From contig NW_024704743.1 in NCBI RefSeq assembly GCF_018977255.1, positions 70,434,001-70,498,000 on the forward strand: a stretch of DNA of 64,000 nucleotides, given 5' to 3'. This DNA comes from Callorhinchus milii. Taxonomy: Eukaryota. Positions 40,349 to 53,204 of this stretch are shown piece after piece. Under the pieces are notes generated by a model. That model saw nothing but the letters and a program-made list of their open reading frames with translations, was not told where the DNA came from and ran no database searches. The position numbers were made by a program, and so were the translations under genes. Each line of letters begins with the position of its first letter. Positions within the stretch are counted from its first letter, which is position 1.

Positions 40349-42200
40349 TGACTGCGGTGTGAAGCCGCGAGCACTGTCCAGGACTCACCCCAACACAGCT
40401 GTGGCACAGACACCCGCCGACCTGTCAAGTGGTGTTTTCAGGAAGGCAGCGCTCTGGGCAGGTGACAGGGACAGGGACCTCGGAGTTGTTGACGCATTAA
40501 TGTCCTGTCCTGATGTGCTGCCCTCCCCCTCCTCCTCCTCCCCCTCCTCTCCGGAATAAAGTGCAGAGAGCGGAGTGGACTGGCAACGAATTCGCGCTCT
40601 CTTGCCTTTCGCCCCACTACGAATCAGCAGCGAAAGGCGCTCCGGGTCCCGCGACCGAGCAGCTGGTGCGCTAAAGCCGGTCCCGGATCAGCGTCCTGTA
40701 CCACGCGATTCGCTGATAAACAGCGAGCGATCATATCAGGGCAGTCGGAGGGCGCGGGCACTGCCGGGGACGTGGCGGGTACACGGTTGATTCGCAGGAA
40801 ATCAGCCCCGTCAACATATGCAAACACTTCCCGCCGTCGTTATTTGTTGAATGGAGGTGAACCGCAACAGGAAAGGGGAGGGCGAGGGGGTGGGGGGTTG
40901 GGGCGGGCGGTGCCGTGCAGTGCTGTGCAGTGCTGTGCTGGAAGGCAGTCAAAGCACCCAGTGGGCTCCCAGCGCTGACACCCACCCACCAGGGCAAGTG
41001 CACCCTATTTTATTTCCTCCCTCCCCGGGAGGGCGCCCAGTGCACCCCTCGGGGAGGTTCACAGCCGCCTCACCCTCTCCTCTCCCTCCCCACGTCCCCC
41101 CCCCCGTTAAACTACTGCCGATGATCGCAGCACTTTGGTACAATATAATCCTCGTCTGGTACAGCAGCAAAAGTTACTCTCAAACAGGACCGGACGAGTG
41201 AATGTTTTAGGTGGGACGAGAGGGAGTGTGACATAGTTTGCACTCAACACACCAACTCCCACCCACTCCCACAGCAGGTCAGCAGTGCACCCCTTGAGAA
41301 GTGTTTTGAGAGAGAGAGAGAGAGAGAGAGAGTGGGGCGTATGGGGTGTGGAGAGTACTGTACATATGTGTTTCATGAAACTACGCACTAGTTTTGAACC
41401 GATCGGTCTTAACAGTGCAGCTCAGCAGAAGTGCCTCGGGTTTGGGGGGAAACTCTGACCAGAATGAGTTGTTTTTTTTTAGCTCAAAGACCCTACTGAC
41501 ATGGACTCAGTTGAGAAATCCGTCCCCAACCCCCACCCACCCCCCCCCCCCCCGCCCCCTCGGGAGCCAAGATATCACTCTGGGATTAGCCTTGTGGGGA
41601 GGGGTTAAGTGGGGAGAGAACACGAGAGAGAGAGAGAGAGAGACTGATCACACGCTGCCTGTATCTCACTATCAGGGCAATAAGCCCTGCCCTGTGCCGG
41701 GCGCCTCCTCGGTCCAATATTGTGAAGGCACTGAGATGCCGGGCTTCGGGAAGTTGGTGGGAAAAGTGCGAGGAGGTCAGATCCCTTGACCGGGAAGCTT
41801 CGGGATACTCCGCTGTCTCTTTTCATCCATTTATCTTTTAAGCGCACGTGTGCAGAGAAGATGGGCTCTGCAGTGCGGATCGTGTGCACCGGCTAATGTG
41901 AGGTGGCACCGCACTCCTTCCCATGTCCTCCGGCCCCATTAAAGACCCATTAGTGGCTCAGGCAGTGGTTTACACACGAGAACGCATTAACAGGGTCGGG
42001 TGTAGGAATCAAAGGATTTGGTGGGCGCTCTGCTGTTTTGCAGCACAGCTTCATTTCCCATTCTCTCGGTGGTGCTGTTTAACCGGGACATCGAATCAAG
42101 TTGGGCATTGCTCTTAATAAAAGGCATTGCAACGCGGGTTTGACAGATAACGCCACTTAACGATAAATTGATGTAACAGACTATGTTGCTCTCGCTGTGC
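39990..42200 (-). promoter_or_regulatory. Distal CpG island, candidate alternative SATB1 promoter and first exon
   Basis: Dense CpG/GC stretch in an AT-rich background. Consensus minus-strand donor TTGGG|gtgagt with the last exon base at 40389. Confidence 0.6.
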
Positions 42201-45064
42201 GTTCATCAGGGGGCAGCCACAGCAGGAATTCCAGGTGAGAACAAAAAAAAGATGTTCAAAGAGTGACATTATTTGGCATTGAAGGAGACTTCGAATTGAG
42301 AGCGAAGGAAACGATTAGCCTTGTTTTTCTCTCTCCCCTACGGTTGATTCACAAATGGGGCGTTGCATTGCCTCGTAGATATGAAGAGATTTGAGACTGA
42401 GTGGCCTGTGTTATCAGGACAGGCTCTTTTACCTGACAGTGAAACTTGTTCATCAGAAATGCATCGTGTTGGTTTCCAGCTGATAACTGTATCACTTTGC
42501 TGATAACCACAAGGAACTTGTCCCCCATCCAGTGCACAGAAAGGAATAAAATAATGTAAATCTAACACTGCAAATTGGGGGCTTCAGAAACCTAAGGGTA
42601 CAGATGCATGTTATGACCAGAGAACATTCTTTTTTATTTATATATATATATGTATATACTTCTTTTTAATAGATACTGTCATCCCCGTGAGGGTAATGTG
42701 AGAATTATTGAGGATTTTTTTTTAAAAAAAAGGATGAAACTTGCACTTATCTGCAATGTTCTTGAGTGGATATGCATTAGTTATTTAACGAGGGAAGATG
42801 TTTTATTTATATTTCCCACTTTTTAAAAAAAAACTTTCAGAGCATTAGGATATTAAGTAAGAATTCAAATTCTTAGGCACTATTCTTAGTTTTCCCCCGT
42901 AAGGTATCATTTACCTTGTGTGCATTTTACAACATGTTTAACACCAGAAATAATTACTGATCTGTTTAGAGAGGCGCCACAGCGAACAATAACATTTTAT
43001 TAATCGCCAGGTGGATCCCAAACAGATGCAGCCTAAATATTAGTTTAGAGTTTGAAATGATGTAGTTTAGAGTTTGCGATGTACAGTTCGCTGCGAAAAG
43101 CAACTGCAGGACTTTAAGGTAACATTTGATGCACGGCTCAAATTGAGCAAAGCTGAAGAGATAAAATGACCAGGTTCATTACCTTTCCAGGCAATGGGTG
43201 TTTCCAATTTACACGACTGCAATTATAATTGTGCTACTTACTCCACATCAAAATCAGTTAAAATAGCAAAAGCATTTTTCTTTTTCTTTTGGGGGCTAAT
43301 TGTGCGCAGCCCTGATGTAACTTATTTGCTGATCAGAAGTTAAATGACCGTGAATGAAATGCAGTATTGGAAGACTGGTGATCATCCCCACAGTTCTCGG
43401 TTGGTCCCTGTAACAGGGACCACGAGATGGCGCGCTGCAGAGCTTCCTGCACACACATCCCCACTCCCAGAGGTCTGAAGTGGAAAGATAACCCAATGAA
43501 GTGTTTCCTCATATTTCACGTTGCCTGCATTACAGATTCACTTCACACCCTTCTTGTCGTGCATTCCTTTTCTCGTTGAGGCACAATACAAATGCAAAAT
43601 GTGAGTTAATCGCCCTATAATTAAAATCAAGTGAAGACTATGAGTAAACTATATTGACAACAGGAGTTCACTCGAATTTCTAAATTTTTCCAGGAGATAA
43701 CATTTTGTAGCTTTTTCTTTACCGATGATGCATTCAAACACCCCACTAAATTGAGCACATCGACCTGTTTCATGAAACTTTCCAGATTTAACATGTAGTA
43801 TAATTTCATATCGTATTTTCAAACTGCACTACATTAAAGTTGACAGGCAGATTATATTGCAATACAGTATACTGATAAAATGAGTACTAAAGCTCAGCTC
43901 ATATTGAGTATTGGTGAAACCACTACCCTCACACAACAAGCAAGTTCAGAGCGAGCTATTCAAAATATAGGTAACTACAATATGCTGCCGATTTGTCTCA
44001 TTTTGTTTTTAATTTCAACATGGTTTCAACAAACATAATGGAGAGTTGTTCAGACTGTGTTTCATACTGCCTTGGTATAATTTAAGAAATTATCTCTGTG
44101 TCTGTCCATTTCCTCAATTCTAGTTTGCAACAATCACATGAGAACTCTAATGCAGATCGATTTTCACATTTTACATGTTAGGCACATACAGTATTTTGAA
44201 AAATACCAAACCTTTCTGAGAACTGTTCTCCAATTGATTTTTATGAGGTTTTTATTGGTCAGAAATATGAAGGACTGCTCACCACAATTAAGGATATCTA
44301 AAATAGACTGACAGCTCCATATATGTAATGCCATCGCCTACACATGCAGATTTCCCAGTGTCTGGAATGAAATGCTCACACTCTTCCTGGAGGGCTGCAC
44401 CCTGCTTACCTCATTCAGGCGAGTACTAGATGCAGGTTGGAGAGATCTTGTCTATATTTCCTGGCTCAAGCAGATTCTAATCATGGGACAATAAAAGGTG
44501 TAGCTAAAGAAACACAATGAAATTGAACAAACAAATGAAGTCACATCTAGCAAGAGATAATTTCATTGTCCATTTTCTATTCCATTTCGCACTAGAGTTT
44601 CCCCACTGCCTTTACCACATCAGATACATTTCAGGAATGAAAGGGCAGAAAGACAACCTACTTTATCAGATCTCAGCAAATATTGCTCTACAGCTTATAT
44701 GGAGATCCAGCAGGAGAGTGATTTAATGCTCCTTCCATCGTATAGGATCTCCTTCCCTGTGGGAAAGTGGTTGAGCTCCACTCAGAGCTTGTTCCTCGTG
44801 GCTGATGAACTTCCCACTGATTTTTGAATGTGAGGGTTGAAAGTGTAGCAAAAAAAACCATCCGTTTAAAGGTCACTGATCACAAGAGGTGATTTAAGTT
44901 GTGTTCGACTTAGTATACTCATTGTTTTGGGTGACCTGTGAAAAATACAGTTCTGCAGGTTCCGGTCTCTTCATGAGTGCTTCTTAGCTCTGTAATGCAA
45001 GATAGGGATTAGAGAAAACTCATTGTACAGGTATGTGTACCTTCAATGAAATATACTCTAATAC

Positions 45065-45895
45065 TACATCTATTCAGGGCTCTATTCTCAGTGCTCTCCC
45101 ACTCAATGATATCATCGCAGGCAAGAGGTTAACTTCTACATGTATGCAAATAATACCCAACTATCTCTCTGCCTCCACCTTGATTCCAGGACCACTTCTG
45201 TGCTGACCGATTGCCTGTCGGACATCAAGTCCTGGATGAGAGCTAAATTTCTCCAGTTGAATGTCGACAAGATAGAGAACCTCCTGCTTGGCTCCCGTCA
45301 GCGCCTTCTCACCTGCTGACAGCGCTGACAGCATCACTATTCATGGATGCACTCTCCACCTCACCAAGTCAGGACAATACCTCTGTGTCTTATTTGACTC
45401 CCAACTGTACTTTAAACCCAACATAAATGCCTTGATCTGTTCAGCTTTTCCCCAACCTCTGCAACATTGTCCTCCTCTGCCACTAGCTCTCCCCTGGGCC
45501 GAGACCCTTATCCATGCATTATCATGTCCAGGCTTGACTACACTAATTCTCAGTTCACAGGACTTCCCAACTCTTCCCTCCACAGGCTGCAGATTATTCA
45601 GAACTCTGCAGCTCGTGTCCTCACCCGTACCAGGCTCCGCGAGCCTTTCACTCCCATCCTAGCTCCACTGGCTCCTCATCCCCCAGAGGATTGAGTCAAG
45701 ATCCTCATATACACTTTTTCCGCTCGGCGACACTGGCCTGCTCCAGGCCCCCTGCCCTGCCCTTCCCACCATCAGTGGTCAGGCCTTCCGCCTTTCTGCT
45801 CCCACCCTCTGCAACTCCATCCTGGAGTCCCTTCACCTTGCCCCTTCCCTCACTTCCTTCAAAGTCCATCTCAAAATCTCTTCTTTCAATTGTGG
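45065..45895 (+). mobile_element. L2 LINE fragment (decayed RT C-terminus and 3' region)
   Basis: Decayed YADD region; SRLDYTNS..GLPNSSLHRLQIIQNSAARVLTR in ORF 45467. Confidence 0.88.
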
Positions 45896-45997
45896 CAAAA
45901 TTATAAAAGTATTTGGTGCCACATTTATGTAACAATTTTACATTTCAAGCAATCAATCTATCGATCGATCAATCGATCAATGCACCAATTTTAATTT

Positions 45998-46660
45998 GCA
46001 TCTGAGTCAGAGGGTTGTGTGTTCAAGCCTCACGTTTGAAAGTTAGCTTTGAACTCAAATTCCAGGATGACATTCCAGTGTAGTGCTTGGGGGTGGGCTG
46101 TATTGTGGAGGCATTAAGCTGTTTAATTCAGATGAGGCATTACACTGATGTTTAAGATTCCATGGCACTACTCAAAAAGAGAAGGGAGTTAGATACTAAG
46201 GCACATTAGCTACTGTATAATATTAACCATGCACAGTTCAGTCATGATTTCCCCACTGAGCCTTTATTTCCTAATTGATTGCTCCTCTGAGAAAATTTAA
46301 CTGAGGTTGGTAGCACTCTCACTTCTAGTTTAGAAGGAGGCTGGGGGTTCCAGCCCCATATGGGAGATGTTGAGATCACAGTCTAGACTGACATTCTAGT
46401 GCAGAGTTGGGGCAGAGGTTGCTAAATAATTGTAATAGGTGCAGTCATTCAGATGAGACATTCAGATGAGTCATGTCTGTTTGTTCAGGTGTAAGTTAAA
46501 CAAACCATGACACTATTCGAAATGAGAAGGGAATGACTTCTGAGAGTTGTTGGTGTTGGTGTTGATCACTACCTGACTGTGGGATGCTGTGTGCAAATTA
46601 ACTGCTGTGTCCACTTACAAATACACAGCAATTATTGTAAAGAGTTTGAAATGTTTTGAT
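45998..46660 (+). mobile_element. Two decayed SacSINE1-like DeuSINE copies (~45998-46190, ~46305-46660)
   Basis: TCTGAGTCAGAGGGTTGTGTGTTCAAG and TTGGTAGCACTCTCACTTCT heads; CAGATGAG..CCATGGCACTA; GCTGTGTGCAAATT. Confidence 0.65.
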
Positions 46661-46900
46661 ATCATAGGCAGAAAAATCAAGATTCTTCTTCCTTTCACCC
46701 AGAATTAGACCAACTCTCACCTCACCATCAAACCACACCTTTATGTCATGCTCCATTTTGGACAAATTCATTCTGGCAGCAAATTATCCAAAGCCATCCT
46801 TTTTGCACTTATATGTAGAGTCCCGTCGTGTAACAACAACAACAACAACAACTTGGATTTATATAGCGCCCTCCATGCCGGACGGTGTCTCTGAGCGCTT

Positions 46901-47272
46901 TGAGTGGTTAGTGCAGTGGTTAGTGCACTTGCCTTGCAAGCGAGAGGAACTGGGTTCAATTCTCAGGCAGGGCAAAACTTTAGGTAAGTTTCCTTATTTT
47001 AAACACTTCTGATCACCAAGCAGTAAGTAGGAACCCGGTTGTTAGTCCATTGGCAGATTACTTTCATAATCACAATTAGGGGTAGTAATCACTCCAAAAA
47101 AAACAAGAAAAATATGGTCACTCAATCCATGACACTGCTGTGCTCAATTAGCTGCTCTGTTTCGCCACAATATACACATTCAATCCATTTTACAATATAT
47201 TCGGTGAAAGCGCTTTGAGACATCTCAATGATGTGAACAGGCACTGTATGAAATGGAAGAATTATTATTATG
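46901..47272 (+). mobile_element. tRNA-derived SINE, long subfamily (diverged), preceded by an L2 tail (-) at ~46832-46900
   Basis: CAGTGGTTAGTGCACTTGCCTTGCAAGCGAG..AGTAGGAACCCGGTTGTTAGTC..ATTATTATT. Confidence 0.85.
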
Positions 47273-47892
47273 CAGGTTTTAATCACGAGTGCCATTAAAG
47301 TCTGGTCCTATTGGGACCCATAGTATTATACAGCAGGATAAAGACTTAAAATATTGGAAAATGATAAATTAATTCAGTCCCCAATAATTTGTTTAAATGA
47401 TGTCTTAAATTCTCTTAACAATTTCAAATGAGTGAGATCAAAATGCAACTTAGTCTCAGCAATGCCCAAATTAACATTTTATATGTGAATATAAACACAT
47501 ATAAATTGCCAAATTTGTTACACACAGAAGTGCAGCATCATCAGAATGCTTGCTTGATACTTTACAGTCAATAGTTTGTTAGACTGTCCAATGGAAAGTT
47601 CAATGAGTCTTGCAAATTAACTAGGTTAGTAACTGGAAATGCAGCACTTGACCTTTGTAAATGAGTGTGGTTTGTTGTTTGTTGTACACTGGTGGGAAGT
47701 TGAAGAAAATTACGTGTAACCTCAATTTTTTTCTACTTCTGTGGGAGAAAGGAATTCTTATACTACTGAAAAAATCTATATCAAAAACATTTGCAGGTTG
47801 CCAAAAAAAAGTACCTACAACAATAACTTGCACTTATACAGCACCTTTCACAAAGGAAAATGTCACAAAGTTCTTCACATAGATGGATTGTA

Positions 47893-48888
47893 TGCTCCCT
47901 CTTGGTGACATCATCCGCAGACATGGGGTCAACTTACACAGGTATGCAGATGACACCAACTGTACCTCTCTGCCTCCACCTGTGACTCTAGTATCACTGC
48001 TGTCCTGACGGAATGTTTGTCAGACATCAAGTCCTGCATGAGAGATAACTTTCTTCAGTTGAACGTCAACAAGACGGAGGCTCTCCTGATTGGCTCCAGT
48101 CAGCGCCTCCTCACCTCAGGCGCTGACAGCTTCACCATCCACGGATGCACCCTCCACCTTGCTAAGCCAGTCCAGAACCTTGGCGTCCTGTTTGACCCTC
48201 AACTATCCTTTCTACCCCACATCTGCACCATGACCTGCTCTGCTTTCCCCCACCTCCGCAACATCACCCAGCTCCGCCACTGTCTCACACCGCAGGACGC
48301 CAAAACCCAAGTACACGCATTCATTACATCGAGGATTGACTATACAAACTCCTTGCTTGTCGGCCTCCCCAACTCCTCCCTCCACAGGCTGCAGTCTGTG
48401 TCCTCTCCCACACCAGGCTCAGTGACCCTATCACCCCTATCCGCGCCCGACTCCACTGGCTTCCCATCACACAGATGAAGAAGATCCTGGTCCTCACCTT
48501 CAAAGCCCTCCATGGTCTTGCTCCCCAATACCTCTGCAACTGCCTAACCCCCTACCATCCTGTCACTCCCCCAGTTCAGTGGGCTCTTGCCTGCTTCATG
48601 TCCTCCACTTCGCTTGCCCCACTATTGGTGGGCGGGCCTTCTGCCATTCTGCCTACACCCTCTGGAACTCCCTCCCGCAGTCCTTCTGTCTCATCCGCTC
48701 CCTTGCCTCCTTCAAGACCCATCTCAAGACCCTCCTCTTTGACTGTGCTTTTGATCACCCTGCTTCCCCCACTGCCCTCCACCCTCCCCGACCCCCAGCT
48801 CAGGTCCAAAACTCTGACTGTCTAGCGCCTTGGGAGGTCTTCACGATGTGAAAGGCGCTATACAAATGTAATGTTGTCGTTGTTGTTA
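47893..48888 (+). mobile_element. L2 LINE, 5'-truncated, complete 3' end
   Basis: YADD codons at ~47943. ORF 48017 reads LQLNVNKTEALLIG..VQNLGVLFDPQLSF..SRIDYTNSLL. Ends GAAAGGCGCTATACAAATG(TTG)n. Confidence 0.92.
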
Positions 48889-49059
48889 ATACCCCACCAC
48901 CCAACAACAACAACAAGATTACATTTGTACAGCATATTAAAGGTAGAAGGGAGATGATTGAAAGCACAGTTGAAGATGTGTTCTTTTAGAAAGGATTTGA
49001 AATCAATCCTCCTATTAACTCTTTATTAATATTAAAAATATTGAGTGATCTCCTGGACT

Positions 49060-49352
49060 TCTTCGAAAACCTCAGGCAAGTTTCCTTTCTCCACTCACAC
49101 CACTCTGCTTACCTCGCAGTAAGTAGCAATCTGCTTGTTACTTGATTGGAGGGTCGCTTTTCTGGAGTTAATATTTCCTTCAAAAAAGAAATAAAGAAAG
49201 AATAATGTGGTCACTCAATCCACGGCTGTTTGTGAGACATTACTGTGAGCAGTTGGCTGCCACGTTTCGCCCACACTGCAATGTGAAGTGCTTGAGTCTC
49301 AATGATATAATAAATTGCTATATCAAATACAAGGATTATTATTTTTATATTA
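49060..49352 (+). mobile_element. Decayed SINE, long subfamily
   Basis: GGCAAGTTTCCTT..GGTCACTCAATCCACGGCTGTTTGTG..GGATTATTATT. Confidence 0.75.
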
Positions 49353-49823
49353 TTATAAAGTTTTTAAACTTTTTAAATTGTACAATGGAACTTGGGGAGG
49401 ATAGGAGCAAGGGAGTGTGCGGAAGAGAAAGACGTCTGCAGCGGTCTTAGCTCCATAACTTTTCATTCCTGTCCAATTTGTAACTCTCTGTGTCTACTGA
49501 GCAAATTAATTTTCCTCCCAGAAGGTTTTCAGTTTTATCTAGGAATCGAGCCAGTGAGTGCAATCACTGATCCCAACTTTTGGATGATAGGAAATCGCAT
49601 GACATGTTTCACTTCTGTGTTCAGTACTATCCTTTTTTTTGCTGGATAATTGCTTTTGTGAATGACAAACAAGAAATGCAAAAAAATTATTTCTTGATAT
49701 TGAGTTTGGCCACAAAACACAGTCATTGTTCTTTAATGTGGGACTTTGTCTGATCAGTATGAGATAGTGTCACAATTAATCAGAAGCTATCAGAAGAGCT
49801 ATCAGAAGAGCTCTGAATGTTTG

Positions 49824-50179
49824 TTTGATATAACGTCTTATCATGTCTCCGAGACATCTCAAAGCGCTTCACAGAATATACTGTAAAGTGATTTGATTAT
49901 ATATTTGGTGGGCGAAACATGGCAGCCAATTGCGCACAGCAGTGTCCCAGAAACAGTCGTGGGTTGAGTGACCAAATTGTTTAATATTTATTTCGAAGGA
50001 ATTATTACCCTCGGAAAAGGGATCCGCCAATCGACTAACAACTGGGTTCCTACTTACTGTTAGGTAAACTGAAGCGTGTGGAACAAACAAACTTGCCCAA
50101 CGTTTCGCCCAGCCTGGGAATCGAACCCAGGTCTCTCGCTAGCGAGGCTAGTGCTCTAACCACTAAACTACAGAATTCC
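49824..50179 (-). mobile_element. tRNA-derived SINE, long subfamily
   Basis: Reverse complement resembles the 11457-11835 element; B-box GGTTCGATTCCC. Confidence 0.88.
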
Positions 50180-51117
50180 ACATAACTACATAACTCTAAT
50201 AGTTGATTCTAGAAATGTATCCAGGAGGAATAATATTTGGACGATAACATGTTTCAACATTTACAGTTAAAGTGATCATTCAGTTTTGTGGAAGTGGATT
50301 ACTATGTGAAACAGTCTGTGGCAAGACTTTATAAACCTGCATGCCTTTCGTTGGTAGGTTGAAAAGTCTCAATAGTATTTCAGCCTGTAACTCCAACCAT
50401 GTTTTATTCCATTGTTGTGCCTCCTTTGTATTTCGAATGTTGTCACAGTGCTGTCCTTCGGGTGAGACTTTTAAACCACTTGTTTATATCCTATCTGCCT
50501 GTTTTCAGGTGGATGCTTTAAGGTCCCGTTACAACATTTAAAATGAGAAGGAAGTTTCTCACTGTGTCCAAATGGCTTTTGCAATCGAGTTTGCTTACAA
50601 AAATAGTGGCTACACTTGGCAGTATTTCCCAATGACAGGGTTTAAAACTTTATGACCGCCCAACCCATTAGGATATTGGCTTAATAGCTTCTTGGGTGAA
50701 TCTTGGAGTGATGCAAGCTGCAATTTCAGGAGGGGAAAGAATAACAAATAATATTGTGTGAGGAGTTTTAATAAATGGGATATAGCTACCTATATAACCC
50801 ACCGCATCATTTTCTCTCTCCCTAACTTCAAAACCATTATGAATATCTGTTTCTTGGACTTGCCTTCAGTCACCTCTCTCATCTCCCTTCTTCCCACCTT
50901 GCTCGAGGTGCCACGCAATCCATGTAAAGCAATTTAAGATGCTCTACATGAAAATTGCTATATAAGTGCAATTTGTGGATGTGCTACATTCTCAGAGTTG
51001 GCTTGCTCTGCTGTCATATATAAAACATTGCTGTTGCTCTCCAATAACTGATACGGACTGAGTTAGCAGAGCTCTCTGTAGCTGTTCAGACCATGCAGCT
51101 GTTCTATTTTTAAAAAA

Positions 51118-51345
51118 TGTGCTGTACCACGGCTGCTATTCGGCTGAAACAAGCAACAAACGAGAGAAGCCAGAGCTGGCTCTAGGATCCTCATCTTCAT
51201 CAGTTGAGAGTGTCTGGCACGAGAGGTTCAGTGACGCAGAACTTGAACCTAATAATGCCTGGCACATTTGTAACATGCCATGTGGTTGTTGGCAGAAAAG
51301 ACGAGCAATACAACCTTCATTTGAAAAGATGTGTGAGATGGAGCT
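51118..51345 (+). pseudogene. Possible decayed THAP zinc-finger remnant (DNA-transposon or pseudogene derived)
   Basis: Removing two single C bases (51130, 51278) gives CAVPGC-x44-CNMH with W and P between. Confidence 0.3.
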
Positions 51346-52305
51346 CTAGCTCAGCATCGCCAGGATCACTTGAACTGAAAGGTCACACGACAGACTCATT
51401 CCCACTCTACAGTACAAAGCCAGTAAGGAAGGTACAACTTGGCACCCGAACAAAGCTGGAGAGAAACGGTGTGCAGATCAAAATGTGTCAAATAGCTCAC
51501 TCGAGGTACAATTGTGGTTCAGTCACAAATGACCATTAAAGAAAAATTGGAGTGCAAAGCAGATCTGCCTCACCAGCTCAGATTGTTTATGGAGCCATCT
51601 GTTTACTACGGGAATGACTGGTTTACTGAAATAGAACACAACCTGCACATTCCTCCTAATAGAATGCTGATTGATGCGGAAGCACAGCATGCTGGTGCCT
51701 TTACCAGTAATATTAGTGTTCCTCAATTCTTTCACAGCACCCCAGGAACTTGAGAGTGCGATGAATATTCAAGAAACAGCACGTGTTTACTGAAATACCA
51801 CTGCACTTGCATTTCAATGGAAAATGCCAAATTCTGTTTGGAGTGCACCACAGCACTAGGAACTTTTATGATAATGTCTCTTCAGTCCTCACAATTTTAC
51901 AAGCAGTAATGGACAAAGCGATTCCCAGTAATCAGATGCAGATTATTTCTCAATAAACTGGTAGTAATGATGTCCTAATTGTTAATCCTCTGGTGTGAAT
52001 TATATCAAGGACATAGAATTTACTGATGCTCAGCCTCTGCTCCGACAATAGTAGCTGGTGCAAAAAATGACAGAGAACGTTCACTGTTACACATTGCAAA
52101 TTCTGTATTAAAAAATATCAGAGGATGATTTCAACCTGCAATCTAACGTTCAGAATTCCTCATGGTTCTTCAAAATTGCCTTCCGAATTAAGACTGAATT
52201 TAAGCATTTTCCAAAATTCATCATAATCCTATTTTTCAAGACAATAGTTTTATAGCTAAAACAATGAATAATTTTTGGCCTTTGTTTGGGTGGTCCAGAT
52301 GAGTT

Positions 52306-52586
52306 ATAATAATAATCCTTGCATTTGATATAGTGCTTTTCACGTCTTCTAGATGTCTCGAAGCGCTTCACAGAATATACTGTAAAGTGAATTGACTATA
52401 TTTGTAGGCGAAACATGGCAGCCAACTGCGCAGAGCTGTATCCCACAAACAGTCATGGATTGAAGCGACCAATTTTATGTTTTTTTATTTCTTGAGGGAT
52501 TTTTATCAGGTGTGTAGAGTAAGGAAACGATCCCAGATCTCTCGCTTGCGAGATGAGTGATCTAACCACTGAGCTACAGGACTCCC
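52306..52586 (-). mobile_element. tRNA-derived SINE with an internal deletion
   Basis: Head and tail match the short subfamily; the B-box/linker is partly missing. Confidence 0.88.
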
Positions 52587-52904
52587 ATATAAACCACTTG
52601 AGCTAAGCTCTCATTGTTTATGATATTATCTGATCTTCTCAATTACATTACTGCCTTTAAAATAACTATTCTGTACATCAGCAAACTGTACCCACATTCT
52701 GCTGCCAGTAAGTGATAGATGTCTACAGACCCAGGAGTGCTTCTATCCAACACTGATTCATGACTTGAAGTGATGATTTNAAAAAAATGAAAATGCATTA
52801 AATCCTCCATTATAAATTATGGATCACAATGTTGTTGTAATACAATAATACATGTCCATTAATTACTCAAGTTAACACACTTTCAAGTTATTATTGTTCA
52901 CACT

Positions 52905-53135
52905 TTGTTCTGGGTCAAAAGGTGTGAGTTCAAGCTCCATGTTGGGACTTGAGCTCGTCATACACCACGCAGATTCTCTTATGCTGCAATGGAGGGGAAC
53001 CACTGCACAGTTAGAGGTGCTCTCTTTTGGTTGAGACATTTAAGTGAGATCCTGCCTGCCTGTTCAGATGGACTTTTACACTATTTAAAAAGAGAAAGGG
53101 GGTTCTCCCGATGCCCTGGCCAACAATTCTCCAAC
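52905..53135 (+). mobile_element. Decayed SacSINE1-like DeuSINE
   Basis: GGGTCAAAAGGTGTGAGTTCAAG..GAGGTGC..TTCAGATGGAC..TTCTCCCGATGCCCTGGCCAACAA. Confidence 0.65.
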
Positions 53136-53204
53136 TCTTATGCACGCAAATACTTATCTGTCGCTGTCCCCTCCCTTTCTCTTCGCTCTTCCCTCTTATT
53201 CAAT

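Noticed and set aside
40110..42117. ORF cluster in the distal CpG island
   Set aside because: Expected stop-codon scarcity in GC-rich DNA; no recognisable protein.
52780..52780. Single N base
   Set aside because: Assembly ambiguity, not biology.
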